Source: Gemmatimonadota bacterium
Lineage (GTDB): Bacteria; Gemmatimonadota; Gemmatimonadetes; Palauibacterales; Palauibacteraceae
Length of the DNA: 64,000 nt
Assembly: GCA_046758745.1 (NCBI GenBank)
Contig: JBHIAV010000008.1
Span: forward strand, 28,663-92,662
Reading direction: 5' to 3'
This document shows, piece by piece, positions 57,745 through 64,000 of the stretch. The notes beneath the pieces are model-generated. The model had not been told where the DNA came from. It searched no databases and saw only the letters and a list, made by a program, of their open reading frames with translations. The stretch's first letter is position 1. Every line of letters begins with the position of its first letter. The position numbers were made by a program, and so were the translations under genes.

Positions 57745-59457
57745 ATGGCTTCCACGTCGCTGGCCCAAGATCAGATCGGCGAGCTGCTGCTCCGAGAGCA
57801 CCTGATCACGCGCGAGCAGCTCGATAAAGCGTTGGCGGAGCAGCGTCAGAACGGAACGCGGCTCGGCTTCAGCCTTGTCTCGATGGGATTCGTTTCCGAG
57901 CAGAACCTCACACGCCTCCTCTCCCGACAATACCGTGTCCCTGCGGTCGATCTCTCCGAGGTGGACGTCGATCCGAAAATCCTCAAGCTCGTCCCGGCCG
58001 AGTTCGCCACCAAGCATCTCGTCCTCCCGCTCCGCCGGGTGGGCCGCACGCTCACCGTGGCGATGATGAGCCCGACGGACCTCAGCGTCATCGACGACCT
58101 CAAGTTCATTACGCGCTTCGACATCGATGCGGTGGTGGCCGGCGAGTACTCGCTGCGCACGGCGATCGAGAAGTACTACGAGGTCATCACCGACCGGCTC
58201 GGCGAGCTCCTCGAGGAGCTGGAGGAGCAGGAGGTCCAGGTCGTCGAGGACCGCGACGAGGACTTCTCGGCCTCGCAGCTCGCCGCGCAGGTCGAAGAGG
58301 CTCCGGTCGTCAAACTGATCAACGGGATCCTCACCGACGCGGTGCGCCGGGGCGCCTCCGATATTCACATCGAGCCGTACGAGAGGGAGCTCCGAGTTCG
58401 CTATCGGATCGACGGCGCCCTGCAGGAGATCATGAAGCCGCCGTATCGCATGAGGGCGGCCCTCATGTCCCGTGTGAAGATCCTCGCCGACCTGAACATC
58501 GCCGAAAGGCGCATCCCGCAGGACGGACGCATCAAGCTGAAGATCGGGGATCGGGTGATCGACTTCCGCGTCTCGACGCTGCCGGTGCTGTTCGGCGAGA
58601 AGATCGTGCTCCGCATCCTGGACAAGGGGAACCTGACGCTGGACCTCGAGACGTTCGGAATGGAGAAGAAGGCGGAGCAAGATTTCCTCGAGGCGATCGG
58701 CAAGCCGTACGGGATGGTGCTGGTGACCGGCCCGACCGGATCCGGGAAGACGACGACGCTGTACGCCGCCCTGAGTCGGATCAACACATCGGAGGTCAAC
58801 ATCATGACCGCCGAGGACCCCGTCGAGTACAACCTGCACGGGATCAACCAGGTACAGGTGCGCACCGAGGTAGGGATGACGTTCGCCACCGCCCTGCGAG
58901 CGTTCCTGCGACAGGACCCGAACATCATCATGGTGGGAGAGATCCGTGACCTGGAGACCGGCGGGATCGCCGTGAAGGCCGCCCTCACCGGCCACCTGGT
59001 GCTCTCCACTCTTCACACGAACGATGCCGCGTCGACGATGACCCGCATGGTGGACATGGGGATCGAACCGTTCAACGTCGCATCGGCGGTGAACCTGATC
59101 ACAGCGCAGCGGCTGGTTCGTCGCATCTGCAGCAACTGCCAGGTGGAAGCCCACTACGTTCCGGAGATCCTACGCGCCGCCGGCCTCACGGAAGAGGAGG
59201 CGGCGAGCACGACATTCTTCAAGGGCGAGGGGTGCGATGCGTGCGGCGACTCGGGGTACTCGGGGCGCCAGGGGCTGTACGAAGTGATGCCGATGAGCGC
59301 GACGCTCCGGCGCATGGTCCTGCAGGGCGCCTCGGCGGCCGAGCTGCAGGAGCAGGCGATCGAGGAGGGGATGATCACGCTCCGCCAGGACGGGCTGATA
59401 AAGGTCAAGCGGGGCATCACCAGCCTCGAGGAGGTCCTCAAAGAGACGGCGGCGTAG
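57745..59457 (+). CDS. pilB: Type IV pilus assembly ATPase PilB
   Basis: MshEN-like N-terminus, 'ASDIHIEP', 'ERRIPQDGR', 'GPTGSGKTTT', 'EDPVE', 'RQDP..IMVGEIRD', 'STLHTN', Zn motif CxxC...CxxC. Confidence 0.93.
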   Translation: MASTSLAQDQIGELLLREHLITREQLDKALAEQRQNGTRLGFSLVSMGFVSEQNLTRLLSRQYRVPAVDLSEVDVDPKILKLVPAEFATKHLVLPLRRVGRTLTVAMMSPTDLSVIDDLKFITRFDIDAVVAGEYSLRTAIEKYYEVITDRLGELLEELEEQEVQVVEDRDEDFSASQLAAQVEEAPVVKLINGILTDAVRRGASDIHIEPYERELRVRYRIDGALQEIMKPPYRMRAALMSRVKILADLNIAERRIPQDGRIKLKIGDRVIDFRVSTLPVLFGEKIVLRILDKGNLTLDLETFGMEKKAEQDFLEAIGKPYGMVLVTGPTGSGKTTTLYAALSRINTSEVNIMTAEDPVEYNLHGINQVQVRTEVGMTFATALRAFLRQDPNIIMVGEIRDLETGGIAVKAALTGHLVLSTLHTNDAASTMTRMVDMGIEPFNVASAVNLITAQRLVRRICSNCQVEAHYVPEILRAAGLTEEEAASTTFFKGEGCDACGDSGYSGRQGLYEVMPMSATLRRMVLQGASAAELQEQAIEEGMITLRQDGLIKVKRGITSLEEVLKETAA

Positions 59458-59763
59458 CGTTCCGCAACGGCGTGTGCGTTTTGCGACTGTGCGGGCGCTC
59501 CTCCTCCTCCCCAAGTCGCGGCCCTCATCCCGAGACGGCCGCAGGAAAGGGCGGAAGCGGGGGCTTCTCTCCGTCGGGCCCGGGATGATCCGGGGCACCC
59601 GGCTTGCTCCGAGCGGCTCGGAATGTGACCGGCAGGGCCCCATCCGCGAGGCGCACGGGGAGCGGGCCGCGGCCTCCCTGTCGGGCAGATCCGCTTCCGC
59701 GAAGGCCGATGAGCCGGTTGGACGAACTCTCAGTGCGGGTAAGGCCATGCGAGCAGGCGACCG

Positions 59764-60861
59764 ATGAGCGAGCGCGCGCCCCCAACTCTCAGGAGCCTCC
59801 TCGAGGAGATGATCGAGCGAGGGGCCTCCGACATGCACCTGTCGGCCGGCGAGCGACCCAAGATGCGGATCGACGGCTCGCTGGCGAGCAGCGCGCTCGA
59901 TCTGGTGCTGACCCCGAAGGACACCCAGGCGCTCGCGTATTCGGTGCTCACGGAGCAGCAAAAGAAGCGCTTCGAGCAGAACGACGAGCTGGACCTGTCC
60001 TTCGCCGTGGCCAACCTCTCGCGCTTCCGCGGCAACGTATACCGCCAGCGGGGGACGGTGGCGATGGCGATACGACAGATCCCGTTCGAGATCCTCGGAT
60101 TCCGCGAGCTGGGTCTGCCTCCGCTCGTGGCACGTCTCGCCGAGCGGCCCCGCGGGCTCGTGCTGGTCACGGGCCCGACCGGGTCGGGGAAGTCGACCAC
60201 CCTGGCGGCGATGATCGACAAGATCAACCGCGAACGGCGTGGACACATCGTCACGGTCGAGGATCCGATCGAGTTCGTGCACCGGCACAAAGGCTGTCTG
60301 GTGAACCAGCGCGAGGTAGGGAGCGACACGGGCTCCTTCGCGGCGGCGCTCAAGTACGTCCTCCGACAGGACCCGGACGTGATCCTCATCGGCGAGATGC
60401 GTGATCTGGAGACGATCCAGGCGGCGCTGACGATCGCCGAGACGGGACACCTGGCGCTTGCCACGCTGCACACGAACTCGGCCGCCGAGTCGATCAACCG
60501 GATCATCGACGTGTTCCCGGCCCACCAGCAAGAGCAGGTGCGGGCGCAGCTAGCCTTCGTGCTGGAGGGCGTGATCACACAGATGCTGATCCGCCGGGCC
60601 GGAGGGACGGGCCGCGTCGTGGCGTGCGAGATCCTGATCGCCACGCAGGCGATCCGATCGATGATTCGCGACGACAAGGTGCACCAGATCTACTCCGCCA
60701 TGCAGTCGGGCAAGAAGCACGGCATGCAGACGATGAACGACGCGCTGTATTCGCTGTACATGCGCGACGAGGTGAAGCTCAACGAGATCCTGCGACTGAG
60801 CAGTGATCCGGTCGAGCTTCGCCGGATGCTGGGAGAGCCGGAGGCCGCCGCCGCGAGCTGA
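59764..60861 (+). CDS. pilT: Type IV pilus retraction ATPase PilT
   Basis: 'ASDMHL', 'RFRGN', 'GPTGSGKSTTLAA', 'EDPIE', 'QREVG.DT', 'AETGHL', 'TLHT', AIRNLIRE-like 'AIRSMIRD', 'GMQT'. Confidence 0.94.
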   Translation: MSERAPPTLRSLLEEMIERGASDMHLSAGERPKMRIDGSLASSALDLVLTPKDTQALAYSVLTEQQKKRFEQNDELDLSFAVANLSRFRGNVYRQRGTVAMAIRQIPFEILGFRELGLPPLVARLAERPRGLVLVTGPTGSGKSTTLAAMIDKINRERRGHIVTVEDPIEFVHRHKGCLVNQREVGSDTGSFAAALKYVLRQDPDVILIGEMRDLETIQAALTIAETGHLALATLHTNSAAESINRIIDVFPAHQQEQVRAQLAFVLEGVITQMLIRRAGGTGRVVACEILIATQAIRSMIRDDKVHQIYSAMQSGKKHGMQTMNDALYSLYMRDEVKLNEILRLSSDPVELRRMLGEPEAAAAS

Positions 60862-60977
60862 GCAGGGCGCCTGGGCCGAGGGGTCGCACGGCCCGGCGGT
60901 CGGTGAGCGATGAGTCGCCGTTGAGCTCGCTGGCCGCGCGTGTCGGGGCAGCGACGCCGGGCGATTCGGACAGGAGA

Positions 60978-60989
60978 AGAGAGAGAGAG
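60978..60989. repeat. (AG)6 dinucleotide tract upstream of pilC
   Basis: agagagagagag ends 16 nt before the pilC ATG. Confidence 0.6.
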
Positions 60990-61005
60990 CAGCGTAGGAC
61001 GAAGA

Positions 61006-62205
61006 ATGCCAGTCTGGGTCTACAGTGCGCGCACGGTCGCCGGGGAGCTGAAGCGGGATCAGATCGAGGTTCCCTCGCGAGAGGACGTCGTCGCCTACCT
61101 GCGGCGTCGGAAGCTGATCCCGGTCTCCGTGCGGGAGAAGCCGAGAGAGTTCTATTTCCGGAGCAGGGGGCGGGTCAAGACACGCGACATCGTCATCCTG
61201 ACCCGGCAGTTCGCCACGATGATCAACGCCGGCCTGCCCCTCGTGCAGGCGCTGGACATCCTGGCGAAGCAGTCGGACAACAAGACGATCAAGAGCACGG
61301 TGGAGGCCGTGCTGCACGACGTGGAGTCGGGGAACACCCTGGCCGATGCGCTCCGGGAGCACCCGAAGGTCTTCTCTACCCTGTACGTAAACATGGTCGC
61401 CGCCGGCGAGACGGGGGGCATCCTCGACACGATCCTCCTCCGTCTGGCGACCTTCCTGGAGAAGAACGAGGCGCTGTTGAGGAAGGTGAAGGGGGCCCTG
61501 ATCTACCCGGCCGTCATCACCGTGGTCTCGATGCTGGCGATCGTGATCCTCCTCCTCTTCGTGATCCCGACCTTCCAGGGGATGTTCGAGAGCTTCAACC
61601 AGGTGCTGCCCCTCCCGACGCGGATCGTGATCGCGGCGTCGAACTTCCTACAGGGCTACTGGGCGGCCCTCGGGGCCGGCCTGTTCGCGGCCGGGTTCCT
61701 GTTCAGGCGATGGGTGGCGACCCCCTCCGGACGCCTGAGGTTCGACCGGTTCCTGTTGCGGGTACCGGTCATCGGGACGCTGGCCCGCAAGAGCGCGGTG
61801 GCCCGTTTCACCCGCACGCTCGGCACGCTGCTCGGCTCGGGCGTCACCATCCTGGACGGCCTCGAGATCACCGCCCGCACGGCCGGGAACCGGGTCATCC
61901 ATGACGCCGTGATGGCCAGCCGAAGCTCCATCGCGGGAGGCGAGTCGATCGCCGAGCCGCTCCGCCACTCGGGGGTGTTTCCTCCGATGGTGACTCAGAT
62001 GATCGCGGTCGGTGAGGAGACCGGCGACCTGGACGGCATGCTTTCGAAGATCGCGGACTTCTTCGACGACGAGGTGGACGTCGCGGTCGAGGCGCTGCTG
62101 AAGGCCATGGAACCGGCCATGATCGTGGTTCTCGGGAGCATCGTGGGCGGCATGATCGTCGCCATGTATCTTCCGATCTTTGGCGTCATCAACGCGATCG
62201 GGTAG
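61006..62205 (+). CDS. pilC: Type IV pilus platform protein PilC (GspF family)
   Basis: 'TRQFATMINAGLPL', 'YVNMVAAGETGG.LD', 'YPA', 'FTRTL.TLL.SG', 'MIAVGEETG.LD.ML', 'AMYLPIF'. Confidence 0.94.
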   Translation: MPVWVYSARTVAGELKRDQIEVPSREDVVAYLRRRKLIPVSVREKPREFYFRSRGRVKTRDIVILTRQFATMINAGLPLVQALDILAKQSDNKTIKSTVEAVLHDVESGNTLADALREHPKVFSTLYVNMVAAGETGGILDTILLRLATFLEKNEALLRKVKGALIYPAVITVVSMLAIVILLLFVIPTFQGMFESFNQVLPLPTRIVIAASNFLQGYWAALGAGLFAAGFLFRRWVATPSGRLRFDRFLLRVPVIGTLARKSAVARFTRTLGTLLGSGVTILDGLEITARTAGNRVIHDAVMASRSSIAGGESIAEPLRHSGVFPPMVTQMIAVGEETGDLDGMLSKIADFFDDEVDVAVEALLKAMEPAMIVVLGSIVGGMIVAMYLPIFGVINAIG

Positions 62206-62389
62206 GCGGAGGCGGCGGCGTTCGATGCAACACATAGGCGCGCAGAACGTCGGGCGCGCGCCTACGACTCAGACGCCGGAAGCATCAATGCAAGCAGGAA
62301 GGCCGCGCCGGAGATCGCCGCCCGATGGCTCTCCCGCCCGGTGGCTCTCCCACCCGTTGCTCCTCGCTATCCAGAGGGTTAACTCCACA

Positions 62390-63818
<1,429 letters not shown>

Positions 63819-63820
63819 CG

Positions 63821-64000
63821 GTGCGCCCCTCCGATACGAAGACGCGTGGCGGAGGCGGGAGCGGGCCGGCCCCGCTGGAGGATCCCGAGTCGAAGGGAGG
63901 TAGCGCGCCGGACCTGCGCGACCTGGTCGGCTGGATCGGAGCGCCATGCGATGGCCTCCGCGAGGGGCTCGGCGAGCCCCTCGCCGACAGCACGGTCGGA
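63821..64000 (+). CDS. Possible 3'-truncated ORF following thiC
   Basis: GTG 2 nt after the thiC stop, with the frame open to the window end. No recognisable motif. Confidence 0.25.
   Translation, partial: MRPSDTKTRGGGGSGPAPLEDPESKGGSAPDLRDLVGWIGAPCDGLREGLGEPLADSTVG

Noticed and set aside
59458-59763. Possible ncRNA or small gene in the 300 bp pilB-pilT gap
   Set aside because: Only weak hairpins and a low-complexity ORF, with no recognisable RNA consensus.

Overview
Very GC-rich (about 70% by eye), gene-dense core-chromosome window. The gene content and protein style suggest a diderm bacterium, probably Gemmatimonadota (inference, not verified). Left to right: partial waaA/kdtA; a small PLDc_N-type membrane protein and an MsbA-like ABC exporter; uvrA plus a GT2 glycosyltransferase; a gyrA-led run (Thr/Ser dehydratase, PuuD-like glutamine amidotransferase, DmpA-like peptidase, HAD hydrolase, tail-anchored hypothetical, DsbA, VKOR); a short sigma70 factor; a complete ccmABCDEFGH operon; a lipoprotein; apgM; a double-zinc-ribbon/TPR protein; a Cu+ P1B ATPase; a PspA-like gene; mtgA; a broken TrkA/K+-channel remnant; HU; a degenerate DEAD-box/DbpA protein; an Ala/Gly symporter; a small fusion protein with a ubiquitin-like domain; a DUF4332-like protein; a class V aminotransferase and serA; fbaB-rpe-cupin-BtuF-like; tdh-lipoprotein-kbl; a TonB-like protein; an amidohydrolase; a histidine phosphatase; a ~6.3 kb SprA (T9SS translocon)-like gene followed on the same strand by comEA, pilB, pilT and pilC; then a TPP riboswitch and thiC. 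No rRNA, tRNA, CRISPR array, integrase or transposase was seen. The most notable items are the SprA-comEA-type IV pilus motor linkage without other T9SS genes, the probably inactive DEAD-box protein, the ubiquitin-like fusion, the tail-anchored PH-like protein and the doubly frameshifted, 5'-deleted TrkA gene. Start codons were adjusted by eye, and family calls come from motif recognition, not database searches.
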